Shown in pieces: positions 8,354 to 18,662 of a stretch of 64,000 nucleotides of DNA. Position 1 is the stretch's first letter. Every line of letters starts with the position of its first letter. The notes under the pieces were generated by a model. That model saw nothing but the letters and a program-made list of their open reading frames with translations, was not told the DNA's origin and ran no database searches. Source of the stretch: Patescibacteria group bacterium UBA1388 (GTDB lineage Bacteria; Patescibacteriota; Microgenomatia; UBA1400; PJMF01); NCBI GenBank assembly GCA_002305355.1, contig DBQS01000014.1, positions 4,720 to 68,719 of the forward strand, written 5' to 3'. A program made the position numbers and the translations under genes.

Positions 8354-8905
8354 TCACAAAGCTAAGTTGCGCACCTGGACGGTAGTTTGAAATTCTTGAG
8401 TCAAAGAATTGTCAAAATTATCAGTAATGTTGAGGCTAAAAGAAACTTTCACTTGAGCTCCAGTACAAGTAAAACCTAGTGTGTTAAGCACTGTTTTGGC
8501 AGTGATGACTTTGCCATCGATAGTTAACTGTGGGGGGGTGCCAATCGCTCGGATGGTGATTGCATCACCAGCATTATTTGTGAGCGTAAGCACACTCGAT
8601 GAGGTACATTTTGCTGTCTTTGCATTCCTAATTTCAAACTCAATTTGATGCATGGCAGTGTTGCCGTCAGACTGAATGACGCGCCGGGCGTTGGTGCGGG
8701 CGTTGCTCAATAAAAACGTCATAAAAATGGTGGAAACGGTGATCATCACCATGGCGGTGATACCCACCACCACCAGCAGCTCAATCAGGGTAAAACCGGC
8801 TTTTTTGGTGTGAACTATTCTCTGCTCTGGTTGCTGCAAATTCGCGGAGGTGCGCATAGATATCCCTGATATTCCTGATTCGTCCGATTCGAATGATTTA
8901 ACCAT
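8354..8905 (-). CDS. Minor pilin (PilW/GspJ-like) with long leader
   Basis: KKAG|FTLIELL, AMHQIEFEIRNA, terminal FQTTVQVRN typical of PilW-like pilins. Confidence 0.88.
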   Translation of the reverse strand: MVKSFESDESGISGISMRTSANLQQPEQRIVHTKKAGFTLIELLVVVGITAMVMITVSTIFMTFLLSNARTNARRVIQSDGNTAMHQIEFEIRNAKTAKCTSSSVLTLTNNAGDAITIRAIGTPPQLTIDGKVITAKTVLNTLGFTCTGAQVKVSFSLNITDNFDNSLTQEFQTTVQVRNLAL

Positions 8906-8920
8906 CCCAATCTACCCGCC

Positions 8921-11900
8921 TTAGTTAACTTCCTGCCAATTGAGTGTGGTGGCTTTGAGAATGTCTGGGGCGTTGGTCACAAAGTCTGGCCGGTGGATGA
9001 AGAGCTCAGAAGGGATGGTTTTGCTCTCAATACCATCGACTGCTCTTTTCAAATCAATGCCATTCCAGCCCACATAGCTGCCTTCCAGTACTAGTCTCTT
9101 GTCTAACCCTGATCCCTCGGATTCTGTAGTAATTTTACCATTGGCTACTACCACTGCCTCAATATTGGCTGTGGTATCTGTTTCATCATCGTTACCAACG
9201 TTGCTATCAATGATGACGTTACCACTGACAAAGAAAGCTAAGAAGCCAGAATTATCCACCTTGATCAATTTTTCTTCTGCAGCATCTTGGCTGAAAGTTA
9301 GGTTGCCATTGACGAAGATAATGACTTTATTGGTACCCACATCCCAGGTAGAGCTGGGATTAACAACAAGATCACCCTCTCTGTGGAATACTTTTGCGCC
9401 TTCTCTATCTGTGCCAGTGCTAATGGTTAGATTACTAATCGAGCTTGTATCAATCGTTTTTACTCCGGTTAAATCAACTTTTTGTTTAAAGTAATCAAAA
9501 TTTTCCAAAGTGACGCCAGCCTTCATATTAGCTCCTTTGGCATATTTGCTTTCGTTATTGTGCAGAGTCATGAATCCAAGAATGCTGGGCGGAGAAATGT
9601 TGCCATTGGTAATTGGTATGCCAGCAGATTTAGCTATGGAAAGCTGTGCTGTCCTAATTAAGTAGGGATAGCAGTTGTTGTCAGCATTACATGCAAAAAC
9701 ATCATCTGTAGGCAGATTAGAGCTTAAACTTGAGTGGCCGTAAACCAAACCACCCCAGGTTTGCCACCATGGCTCTGCTGTTAATGATGCAACGTCTCTT
9801 AGGTAAAAATGCGCATCATTTTTTGGTGGATTAATTGATCCAATATAGACACATGAATTGTCATAACCGGTAACTTTTAGCCCCTCTGTAGCAGACTCAG
9901 AATTGCAGCTAGCACAAACATAATCAGAATCTTTGAAATGCAAAATAGGCTGCAGTTCTGTAGCAGACTCAGGTACTTTAGCTGTATAGCTTGATGATTG
10001 AGTTTCAATGTCCTCTCCTTCGGTGGGAGGATTAAGAGTAACAGCCGCATCTAATGTGATGATGTTTTTTTCTGCATCTGTAGCGCAAGTATTGTTTGGG
10101 GTCACGTAGAAATTGCCGGAGATTTGAGCACTACTCAATGGCGCACAGACCTCAGATTCTTCATAATTTTCTAATCGACATCTCTTTCCTTCGTTTGCAG
10201 TTTGATAACAGGTGTAGTTTTGATTTCCATTATTAGTTGTGTCTTGACACTGCTCATCTGATGTGCAGAAATCATCACATTTAATTGAATAATCAGCAGG
10301 TTTACAATAAGGATCAGGTTCATTGACTCCCAATCGACACTTATCCCCTTGGCTGGCGGAGCACACAAACGCAGGATCACCTCCATTAGCTTTATCTTGG
10401 CACTGTGCATCACCAACTGGTCCTGGAGTACACTCGTCATTACATTTTATTGGAGTGTCTTCCGCTTTCGTACACGATAATGGCTTTAACTCAGTCTTGC
10501 CTGCTGGATGACCAGCGGTAGAATCTTGAAAATCAGATCCAACCCAGTCAATTTGGGCTAGCGGTTGGCCAGGACACTGATACTGCAAATTTGCTCCGAC
10601 AGCTAAATATGGGTTAAAACCATTGGTATTTAGATAATTAACAAGTTGATTAATTGAGCGGTTATTGCCACCAATGAGGACTGATGGATTCCAGGTAAAA
10701 TTGACAGTTGAGCCTGGCGAGTTAACCGTCTGGATAATATATCCAACTCCTCTGCCTTGCTCTCCATCATAAACATAATCTGGTGTACCCAAGTAGGTTT
10801 TAATGGCAGTAGCATTAGTATCACTATCCATGATGCTGATAAAAAGATTGGTTTGGGTTGAAGGGCATCCGCCCGTGGCTTCAGAACTGATATTTAGGTT
10901 GTAAGTGTAAGTCAGCCAGTTGTCACCAACATCTTTAGATTGCAGACTAGGATTGCAGAAGTGTGAAAGAGAAACAAGTTTGCCTCTCCCAGGAGGTGGT
11001 GTCGGGGGGCACCACTCCAACTTACACGAAGCATCGTTGCTTCTCTGACTCGCGTTTTCATCCCACACATAAGCTTTGTAAGTCGTGCCAGGCACCAATA
11101 CTAGTGGTTTGTTACGTGCCTCAGCTTGGCCAGTAAACTCACTTTTAACAATTGATAAGTCATTGCCATAAGTTGGCCACTTATTCCAAAAGTATCCAGT
11201 ATTGTTATCCCATGATCTACCCTCTTCGGTGATATTAAAAACGAGCCCCGAACCACTGCCCCCATCCCAAGTAAATTTTAATTTATTATCGGTTCTATTA
11301 GGAGTGGCACGATCAACACAGTCGGTGGCTGTACACCTGAGGTTTTTAGGAGGGGAGCCATCTCCTTCTATCAAGAAGTTAATATTGCCAATGTGATAGT
11401 GAAAATTATCATGTTTATAACCTGTTGGTGAATAGCCATTCCACTTTAACTTGATCTTGATTTGAGCTAGTTCACACCCATCGCTTCTTCCACAAACCGG
11501 CATATTTTCTAATGAGTAATAATGATATGGCATCCCATCACGCTTAAAAGTGCCTGCTTTTGTCAACTTTGAATTTTCATCAACTCCAGGGTCACCTGCA
11601 ACAACGGGGTGAGATCTTAAGCAGCCTTCATGATCTGGAATTAGGCTGTGTTGGGTATGAAATCTATTGGTAAAAGGTTCAGATCCTTGATTACCACATT
11701 TTTCATCTGGTCCAAGAGTATCGACATCCTCATAAACCCACTTATCACTCTCACCTGCTCGCTTTTGAGGTAATAGTTGGGTGTCAGATCCAAAGACGTT
11801 AACTAGATTACCATTGGTATCATATTTATACCCATAAATTTTGAAGTCGCCGCCTTCATCATGATCGTGAATGGTCAAATTTATACCCTTCACCAAAGTA

Positions 11901-12151
11901 TTCGTTCCGTCTGGTTGATCATCAGTTGCTTTGGGTACGTTGATAGTGATAAAGATAACGTCACTATCTCCGTCCACCGTTTGAGCTGGTGCTGCTGATG
12001 GACCACCGTGCCAAAGTGTACCCAACTTCTGGCTAATGTTCACATCTTGGTTATAGGTGATTGTTTTGACTACTTCTGCAGCACTGACAAGTGAAGTATG
12101 AGCCAAGAACAAACTGCCAAACAAAATAGTAAGATAGAGTTGTTTCAGCAT
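8921..12151 (-). CDS. Large secreted Cys-rich surface protein, putative pilus-tip adhesin (1076 aa)
   Basis: Sec signal (VSA|AE), two Cys repeats, C-terminal module WWQTWGG...RPDF...WQEVN shared with 13781-18013. Function is inferred. Confidence 0.7.
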   Translation of the reverse strand: MLKQLYLTILFGSLFLAHTSLVSAAEVVKTITYNQDVNISQKLGTLWHGGPSAAPAQTVDGDSDVIFITINVPKATDDQPDGTNTLVKGINLTIHDHDEGGDFKIYGYKYDTNGNLVNVFGSDTQLLPQKRAGESDKWVYEDVDTLGPDEKCGNQGSEPFTNRFHTQHSLIPDHEGCLRSHPVVAGDPGVDENSKLTKAGTFKRDGMPYHYYSLENMPVCGRSDGCELAQIKIKLKWNGYSPTGYKHDNFHYHIGNINFLIEGDGSPPKNLRCTATDCVDRATPNRTDNKLKFTWDGGSGSGLVFNITEEGRSWDNNTGYFWNKWPTYGNDLSIVKSEFTGQAEARNKPLVLVPGTTYKAYVWDENASQRSNDASCKLEWCPPTPPPGRGKLVSLSHFCNPSLQSKDVGDNWLTYTYNLNISSEATGGCPSTQTNLFISIMDSDTNATAIKTYLGTPDYVYDGEQGRGVGYIIQTVNSPGSTVNFTWNPSVLIGGNNRSINQLVNYLNTNGFNPYLAVGANLQYQCPGQPLAQIDWVGSDFQDSTAGHPAGKTELKPLSCTKAEDTPIKCNDECTPGPVGDAQCQDKANGGDPAFVCSASQGDKCRLGVNEPDPYCKPADYSIKCDDFCTSDEQCQDTTNNGNQNYTCYQTANEGKRCRLENYEESEVCAPLSSAQISGNFYVTPNNTCATDAEKNIITLDAAVTLNPPTEGEDIETQSSSYTAKVPESATELQPILHFKDSDYVCASCNSESATEGLKVTGYDNSCVYIGSINPPKNDAHFYLRDVASLTAEPWWQTWGGLVYGHSSLSSNLPTDDVFACNADNNCYPYLIRTAQLSIAKSAGIPITNGNISPPSILGFMTLHNNESKYAKGANMKAGVTLENFDYFKQKVDLTGVKTIDTSSISNLTISTGTDREGAKVFHREGDLVVNPSSTWDVGTNKVIIFVNGNLTFSQDAAEEKLIKVDNSGFLAFFVSGNVIIDSNVGNDDETDTTANIEAVVVANGKITTESEGSGLDKRLVLEGSYVGWNGIDLKRAVDGIESKTIPSELFIHRPDFVTNAPDILKATTLNWQEVN
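10139..10450 (-). repeat. Two tandem Cys-rich protein repeats
   Basis: IKCNDECT..DAQCQD..NGG...C....KCRL......C.P and IKCDDFCTSDEQCQD..NNG...C...KRCRL......C.P. Confidence 0.75.
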
Positions 12152-12154
12152 ATG

Positions 12155-13669
12155 CTATTCAATCCAGGCCCTAACAAAAGGTGCTTTTGCTACAAATTGA
12201 CTCGAGTTAATAGTTGTACCAGAATTTATGTCGATTTCTGTTGAGGTTACAACTTGGCCGAATGAGGTATCTGAATCCAGTGCTTGGTCGTTGTTGAGTG
12301 AAATAAGCATCGGGTTAGCTTCATCAGAAAAGACCACGACTGCGCCTAGGTCAGATGACAAAGTGGATAACAATTGTCCACTATTTGTATAAAATGCCAC
12401 TTGCTGCTCTCCTTCTTTAAAAGTGATCAGAGCAAAATAACGGTTATCTGCAGACCACACTATATTGGCAACACTTGTTTGACCAGGTAAATTAATGGTG
12501 AAATCTTTCCCATCTATCTTGGGTTTGTAGGTTTTAAAGTTGAGTAATTGGCCATTTTGGAGAGCAAAATGAGTACCCCCATGTGAGTTGATTAGGTTGG
12601 TTGAATCTGCGTTAAGCACACTGGTGACGTCTTTGGAAATAGTATATGTGATAATTTCTTGATTGATGATAATTGATGGGTCAATTGGTTCATCCTCATT
12701 TGCTGACTCCACAGGGATTTCTACTACCAATCTCCTATCCATAAATACATCTTTTTCATCAAAATGTAGCAAAATTAATTTTTCAGCATCAATTTGAGTT
12801 AGTTTTGTGAGTTGAAAGTTATCTGGATCAAGAGTTAACAAATTATATTGGCGCAAGCCGTCCTCATTTTTTCCATTAATGGTGCTTAATAAAACTTCTG
12901 TGCCATCTTTATTCCACAGGGTTGCATCAATTATTGATGAACCGCCCTTATCAAGTAATTCATTTTCTTGCAAATAGAATAATTTTTGATTTTTTAGATT
13001 GAGCAGGAAGTAATGATATTTTGGGCCGGTACTCAACTGCTCTGTGCTGCTAATAAAAAATATGTCATGCGATTGATTGGGTTTCACAGTAAATACATTG
13101 CCAGGGATAGCTGCGGTAAATTTATCAACTGGGCTTAATTTTGAGGTCTTAATATCAAATTGTTGCAAATATCCATCTGAGACAAGCAAAAGAGACCCTC
13201 TCAGGTCATTTTTTGTGATGGCTACGTTATTACTTTGATTAAATTGCAAGTCAACGATTTTGGGTATTTGCAGTGATATGGAGTTCCTAAACATATACCC
13301 CCCCACAACTATCAAGATAATCCCCAAGCTAGCGAACATGATTAATAGTGGTGCATTTTTGGCAAACTTGAATCGCGGCCAGCGACGCTTTTTACGTGGC
13401 GAGCCAATCACCAGCGGTGGGTGCTTGGGGTGGTGGGTGGCAGTGGGGTGTGTGACCGTGTGGTGAGGGCGATGGCTAGTGGGTGACGACACTTTTTTGA
13501 AATCAGGGGCTGCTCCAGTTATTGTCTCATTTTCAGTTTGGGAAGCTGCCTGCTTATCCTTTGATGACTGATGCTTACTCTCCTCTTTCTTGTCTTTTTT
13601 CGACTTAAAATGAGTCCAGTGTGCCGGGTGGATATCGGTATGATTAAGTGTTGGTTCGTAATCTGTCAT
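12155..13669 (-). CDS. Single-pass membrane protein with probable beta-propeller ectodomain
   Basis: His/Pro/Lys-rich N-terminus, one TM, TolB/WD-like WNKDGTEVL and WSADNRYFAL; GAGGG upstream of ATG 13669. Confidence 0.65.
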   Translation of the reverse strand: MTDYEPTLNHTDIHPAHWTHFKSKKDKKEESKHQSSKDKQAASQTENETITGAAPDFKKVSSPTSHRPHHTVTHPTATHHPKHPPLVIGSPRKKRRWPRFKFAKNAPLLIMFASLGIILIVVGGYMFRNSISLQIPKIVDLQFNQSNNVAITKNDLRGSLLLVSDGYLQQFDIKTSKLSPVDKFTAAIPGNVFTVKPNQSHDIFFISSTEQLSTGPKYHYFLLNLKNQKLFYLQENELLDKGGSSIIDATLWNKDGTEVLLSTINGKNEDGLRQYNLLTLDPDNFQLTKLTQIDAEKLILLHFDEKDVFMDRRLVVEIPVESANEDEPIDPSIIINQEIITYTISKDVTSVLNADSTNLINSHGGTHFALQNGQLLNFKTYKPKIDGKDFTINLPGQTSVANIVWSADNRYFALITFKEGEQQVAFYTNSGQLLSTLSSDLGAVVVFSDEANPMLISLNNDQALDSDTSFGQVVTSTEIDINSGTTINSSQFVAKAPFVRAWIE

Positions 13670-13743
13670 AGCAAACAACCCTCACAAAATTGGGGTACTA
13701 CCAGAATACAGGAATTTTTGCCTGGTCGTCAAGTTGGAGAAAT

Positions 13744-13765
13744 GGGGATATGGGGAACGGGCGGG
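13744..13765 (+). other. Canonical G-quadruplex motif (intergenic)
   Basis: GGGG-ATAT-GGGG-AAC-GGG-C-GGG fits G3+N1-7 x4. Confidence 0.6.
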
Positions 13766-13780
13766 AATTAAAGCTACCGC

Positions 13781-16700
13781 TTAGTTGGCTTCTTTCCAGG
13801 TGAGGTCTGGTGTTTTGATGGCTTCTGGGGTGTTGGCCACTAGGTCTGGACGGAAGAAGAATTGCTCGGTGGGTGACACGGCGTTTTTCTGCCGGGCAAG
13901 CGGGTCAGTAGTAGTATTGTTTTCGAATTTTCTAGGTAAATTCACTCCATTCCAACCTACGAATGTGCCTCCAGCGACAAATTTTCTATTCATTGTGGCT
14001 GTGCCTGAAGTATCATAAGATTCAATGGTCAAATTGTCTGAAGCGATAAAAATACCTTCGATGAGTTGACCTCTGTCAGCAGTGATCATCTTAGAGTTGT
14101 TGGTGTCTAAACAAGTCAGACCAGCGGGGTCAGAGCCGCAGTCGTAACCAATATTTTTATCAAAGGTAATATCGCCGCTGGCCACGACCATGAGGAAACC
14201 GCCACTGGCGATATCAATTGAGTTTTTGCCCGCCATCGTAAGTCTTGTATTGGGTTGCCTTACCCTTAGATTACCGTCAATCACTAATATGTATTTACTA
14301 TTTGTGTCGATATTCCACGGGTTACTATAATCCCCAACTATCAAGTCAACCGTTCCCGAAGAACCTCTAGTTGCTGGCCTGAGGTAATGGACATACACAG
14401 TTTTTGTGGTTTCTCCATCATTGAATGGAGTGATAGGACTATTTGGAGTGCTTGAGTTGTTGAATCTGGCTTCGTCTCCACTTCTCGGTGTTACTGTCTG
14501 CAGATCGAGCAACTTATAAAAATAATCATAATCTTGTCTGTCGGTGCCAGTAGCGGGGGGAACTCCAACACCTAGGGCACCTGTATCAGACGGTTCTCTG
14601 TTAGTCCACCAGCTTCCGTTAAGAGTAATGATGGCATCATCATTTGTAACTGGTATGCCCGCTTGCTTATCATTTAAGTCTGGATTAATAACTGTGGGGT
14701 GGGCATTAATAAAGCTGTGATCTTTGCACCACGCTTTAGCTCCGCAGTTAGCATTGGGTGTACCACTATCATTAATTGGTATAGCACTACTCAAGCTATT
14801 ATTTCCAAAAATCAGCCCCCCGACCGTCTGCCACCAGGAGTCGTAAATTAGGTTGGCCTTGACGACGTAGAATTTAGCTGACCCTGGAGAGGTTACATTT
14901 TGACTAGGATCCTGTGCCCGGCATTCATAATTACTCGAGCCGGTATTGCATGATGCACAGGCATAATGTTCATCCTCATCTAGACCAGTGTTGTTAATCA
15001 GCAAATCTGCCCAGATGTTGCCATTCCAACCGGTAGTATACGAAGGTAAATAAGGAATGGATGTAATATTAGCCACATTGCCACTTATATTGCTACTACG
15101 GGACCCACCCCCAATATCCATTGAATCCCAGCTAACTTTTACGCTGCCATTTATGCCAGGATTAGGAGTTATTCCGCCCGTGCATAAATTTGGATTTGTA
15201 ACTTCACTTATGCTGGCCGAGACGGGACACTTTAACTGATAATTTAAAACGAACCAATCATCAGACTTAAGAGCATCTCCACAGCTTGATGTGATTGACC
15301 TGGCTGCAATCACTAAATTATTACTTAGATCAGGCTTAGTATTAAACGTAAAATCTTTATATGTCTCACTTTCCGAAATTGTCTGCACTAACTTTTGAAT
15401 ATTTCCTGGATCGTCAGTATTAACATACTCAGCATATGCACTATCTGGATTCCCGTATTCAGAAGCTTTGTATACAAGTACTTCCAATGAAGTTGTACTT
15501 GTTCCTTGAGGCACAACCCTGACGGTGAATGTGTCATCAGTTTCATCTCCATCTAAATCGCAGTATGTGCGACTAGTCACACTTGCGTTGGGAAGTTCTG
15601 GTGGTGTGTTGATACATTCTTGAAGTTGAAACTCAACATTGCAGCTCTCGGCAGCATATGGAAAAACGCTACCACAAGTGCCACTGGGGTTGCCAGTACA
15701 AACCGGTGAGCCATCATCATATAAATTTGCAGCTAGAATATATGTTCCTGGACTGCTTGTGGCCGGAATTGTGACATCAAAGGCATTAACAGCAGTGCTC
15801 GAATCTTCTGCCAAGGGAAATGGCTTGGTAACTCCGTCAACTTTGGGAAGCCAATTGCCTGAAGCACAATAATTAGCTGTTTTTGGATGATAAAAAAGTT
15901 CAATTTTATCTGGATCTGGATCTGTTGATAACTCAAAATTATCGTAGTAAATATAAGTAGTGTTATTTGAAACATTATCTGGAGCGCGCAAAATAATTTG
16001 GATTTTGGAGCTATCATTATAATTGGGGTCACCCATGGGATAATCTGAAAATGTTGCTTTGCCAACAAAAGTTTGCCACTGATTTGTGAGGGTAATAGTG
16101 TTTTCTTCTCTACCATTGACGTTGAACAAAACTTGTTCATAGTGTTCTGGCGAATCAATTTCTCTAACAGGTGTTTCGTCTAAATCAACATATTTCTTTC
16201 TTACCAAAGCAATATTAGAAACTTTCCTGATAGTGTCTGCATTTCCGTCAATTCTAGCTTCAAATTTAATTTGAAAAGTTTTTCCAGAGACATTTTTTCT
16301 TGTTTCAATATAGTTAGAATTTACAAAAGCATTAATTGACTCTTTTTTTCTGGCAAATCGAAGAACATTGCCAGGTGAAGATGGGCAGTTGGTGCCGCAA
16401 GCCACAATCTCCATTTTTTCGATGCCGCCACTGGGTACTCTTCCACCATAAGCTGGTTGCCAGCCATCAACCTTGTAAAGAGTTTGAATGTTTTCGTCTT
16501 CAAAACTTTGATTATAAAACTCGAAATAATCATGTACATTAACGCCACTGACGGTTACTCTATACTCAGTTCCTTGATCAAGTACGATAGGAGCGTCATT
16601 TGCTGTATTCTGTATCTCACTTGTTATCCTATTAAAAAATGAAAAATCACCGCACTTTGGATCTTGTTTAATTTCTGTCCAGTAATGTATAGGTTGATAC

Positions 16701-18013
16701 CAAGTAGCTTGCTTGATCCAACAAATTTCACTTTCTTTCACTGTTGACTCTTCTCCAAAATCTCTTCTATTCCACGCCCACCCAACATTAAAGTCATTTT
16801 TTTTGGCTTCACCGGTGTTAGTTGTCCAGTTGAAATGTGTCATAGGGACTTGGATATAAGCTTGACCATACCAATGACTTACTTCCCTGATTTCATCGTC
16901 CCAACTGACAATACGTTGTTCAGCCTCACTCCAAACTCTTCTATACCAAGCATCATGTTCGTAGCCGGCATAATCACCCACCCATTTCCCGTCCTCAAAT
17001 TTATATGGCGTGCAAGTTCCTCCATTGGCATCAATCCGAAACACATTATGATCATCTGCCATTAAAGCTGAAGCGCAGTTAATAAAGGGAATAAACCCAA
17101 AAGGATTGGGATAACCATATGGTGCTCTAGGGAAAGGGTTCTCATTAAATTTATCTCTTGGATAGACGGTATATCCCTCTGATTCTGCAATAGCTTTAAT
17201 TTCACTTCGATCGGTGAAAACCATTGGCAGCTTATTTTTACCCATGTAAACATATAAGGTCTCGGTGTCTTCATTTTCTACAACATAATTTTGGACATAA
17301 CCCGCTTTGAATCCTGCACCCAAGGTGATTTTGTCTCCTGGAGAGGTAAAGGTATAAGTTGTTTTTCCTGGGCTGGCGTGAGACATTCGCTCCTCTGGAG
17401 TACTACCAGAAGGTGGCGCCCATGTTTCCCAGACGCGCGTAGTGCCTGGCCAAATAAAGGCGTCATAGGAATTGTCTACCTTTCCACCTTCTTTATTACA
17501 ATCATCGTCCCAATCCTCTACATGTTCTCCGGTTGATCCACCAGTTGGTCCACAATTTAAAGCACAACTATAATAATCTGCATAAGGTCCCCAACTATCT
17601 GAATAACAACCGGCTCCTGCTAAACAGCTGTAACCAGTTCTTGGTTCTTCCTCTGGGGGTGGGGGAGGTGGTACGTATTGCGGAGGTGGGTAGACTGCAG
17701 AACAGTTATTGCTACCCTCTGTGCCTTCAAAACAGAACGCATTACAACCACTACCAGATTTTCGGCAGGCTTCATAAGTGCTGCCAGTGACGACTTGTTT
17801 ACACACGCATGAGCCGCCAGGGCAACCATTGCCGCAGGAATCTCCATCCTTTGTTCCACCTTCGCACTCACATTGTTCTCCCTTCGTAAGACACTCAACT
17901 CCTCCTGCGCAATAAAACTGAGCTTGAACCTTGGTCGCGCTTGACACAATTGCCAGCAAGCTTGCCATCATCGCCAAAACAGAAAAGAATAATAAAAATT
18001 TATGATTATTCAT
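13781..18013 (-). CDS. Giant secreted Cys-rich surface protein, putative pilus-tip adhesin (1410 aa)
   Basis: Sec signal (VQA|Q), Cys-rich N-terminus, poly-Pro linker, CBM4/9-like segment (TLTNQWQTF...YYDNFEL), C-terminal WWQTVGG...RPDL...WKEAN module. Confidence 0.7.
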   Translation of the reverse strand: MNNHKFLLFFSVLAMMASLLAIVSSATKVQAQFYCAGGVECLTKGEQCECEGGTKDGDSCGNGCPGGSCVCKQVVTGSTYEACRKSGSGCNAFCFEGTEGSNNCSAVYPPPQYVPPPPPPEEEPRTGYSCLAGAGCYSDSWGPYADYYSCALNCGPTGGSTGEHVEDWDDDCNKEGGKVDNSYDAFIWPGTTRVWETWAPPSGSTPEERMSHASPGKTTYTFTSPGDKITLGAGFKAGYVQNYVVENEDTETLYVYMGKNKLPMVFTDRSEIKAIAESEGYTVYPRDKFNENPFPRAPYGYPNPFGFIPFINCASALMADDHNVFRIDANGGTCTPYKFEDGKWVGDYAGYEHDAWYRRVWSEAEQRIVSWDDEIREVSHWYGQAYIQVPMTHFNWTTNTGEAKKNDFNVGWAWNRRDFGEESTVKESEICWIKQATWYQPIHYWTEIKQDPKCGDFSFFNRITSEIQNTANDAPIVLDQGTEYRVTVSGVNVHDYFEFYNQSFEDENIQTLYKVDGWQPAYGGRVPSGGIEKMEIVACGTNCPSSPGNVLRFARKKESINAFVNSNYIETRKNVSGKTFQIKFEARIDGNADTIRKVSNIALVRKKYVDLDETPVREIDSPEHYEQVLFNVNGREENTITLTNQWQTFVGKATFSDYPMGDPNYNDSSKIQIILRAPDNVSNNTTYIYYDNFELSTDPDPDKIELFYHPKTANYCASGNWLPKVDGVTKPFPLAEDSSTAVNAFDVTIPATSSPGTYILAANLYDDGSPVCTGNPSGTCGSVFPYAAESCNVEFQLQECINTPPELPNASVTSRTYCDLDGDETDDTFTVRVVPQGTSTTSLEVLVYKASEYGNPDSAYAEYVNTDDPGNIQKLVQTISESETYKDFTFNTKPDLSNNLVIAARSITSSCGDALKSDDWFVLNYQLKCPVSASISEVTNPNLCTGGITPNPGINGSVKVSWDSMDIGGGSRSSNISGNVANITSIPYLPSYTTGWNGNIWADLLINNTGLDEDEHYACASCNTGSSNYECRAQDPSQNVTSPGSAKFYVVKANLIYDSWWQTVGGLIFGNNSLSSAIPINDSGTPNANCGAKAWCKDHSFINAHPTVINPDLNDKQAGIPVTNDDAIITLNGSWWTNREPSDTGALGVGVPPATGTDRQDYDYFYKLLDLQTVTPRSGDEARFNNSSTPNSPITPFNDGETTKTVYVHYLRPATRGSSGTVDLIVGDYSNPWNIDTNSKYILVIDGNLRVRQPNTRLTMAGKNSIDIASGGFLMVVASGDITFDKNIGYDCGSDPAGLTCLDTNNSKMITADRGQLIEGIFIASDNLTIESYDTSGTATMNRKFVAGGTFVGWNGVNLPRKFENNTTTDPLARQKNAVSPTEQFFFRPDLVANTPEAIKTPDLTWKEAN

Positions 18014-18599
18014 AAAAAATAAAATAATCGTTATTTTCTATTGCATCCATAACAATATCCAACACCACCTCCCTAGCTTTTTCGTATTGAGGTTGGTATA
18101 TTTCATCGCTAGACCAATTAACTTGTTTCCAGTACTCAGCAGCATAGAGGAGGGATAACAAATAAGTCCTGTGAAGATCAAAAAACTGTAGTTCTTCGCT
18201 ACTGTCAGGATTAATATATAAGTATAAATTTACTTCTTCATCGGCATTTTTGAACCAAAAGCCGCTCGAAACTTCATCATTGGGTTCAATATAGCTAAAG
18301 ACAATATTTTCTGGCGAGGTAGTAATGGTAATTTGTTGTTTCAGATCAAGAATAGGGGTTTGATCTAAGAAGGTGCGCACCTCAGCATGGTTGAAAATCT
18401 TTTTATCAATACGATATGTTTTATCATTTAATTGATTTTCAACGATCTGATAATTACTTTTTGGAGGACTGAAGAATTTTTCAATAGTTTTGTTTAATTG
18501 AGTAATATCGGCATTATCAAGATAATAAATTAAGCCGCCAGCAACTGCGATCAATACAGATAAGATGCCTAGAATAATTAATGGTTTATGATGCAGCAC
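18006..18599 (-). CDS. Membrane-anchored hypothetical protein
   Basis: 197-aa ORF, N-terminal TM, overlaps the start of the 1410-aa gene. Confidence 0.7.
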   Translation of the reverse strand: MLHHKPLIILGILSVLIAVAGGLIYYLDNADITQLNKTIEKFFSPPKSNYQIVENQLNDKTYRIDKKIFNHAEVRTFLDQTPILDLKQQITITTSPENIVFSYIEPNDEVSSGFWFKNADEEVNLYLYINPDSSEELQFFDLHRTYLLSLLYAAEYWKQVNWSSDEIYQPQYEKAREVVLDIVMDAIENNDYFIFYE

Positions 18600-18662
18600 A
18601 CAGCCATCATATTATAAATTTACAATTATGCCAACTCATAGGGGTCAGCGTGTATTAAGTGA

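Noticed and set aside
13419-13448. Second G4-like motif, plus G-runs near 17655
   Set aside because: Explained by His/Pro codons on the coding strand.
5256-18013. Diversity-generating retroelement or silent pilS-type cassettes
   Set aside because: No reverse transcriptase, no near-identical template/variable repeat pair seen, and all pilins have intact N-termini.
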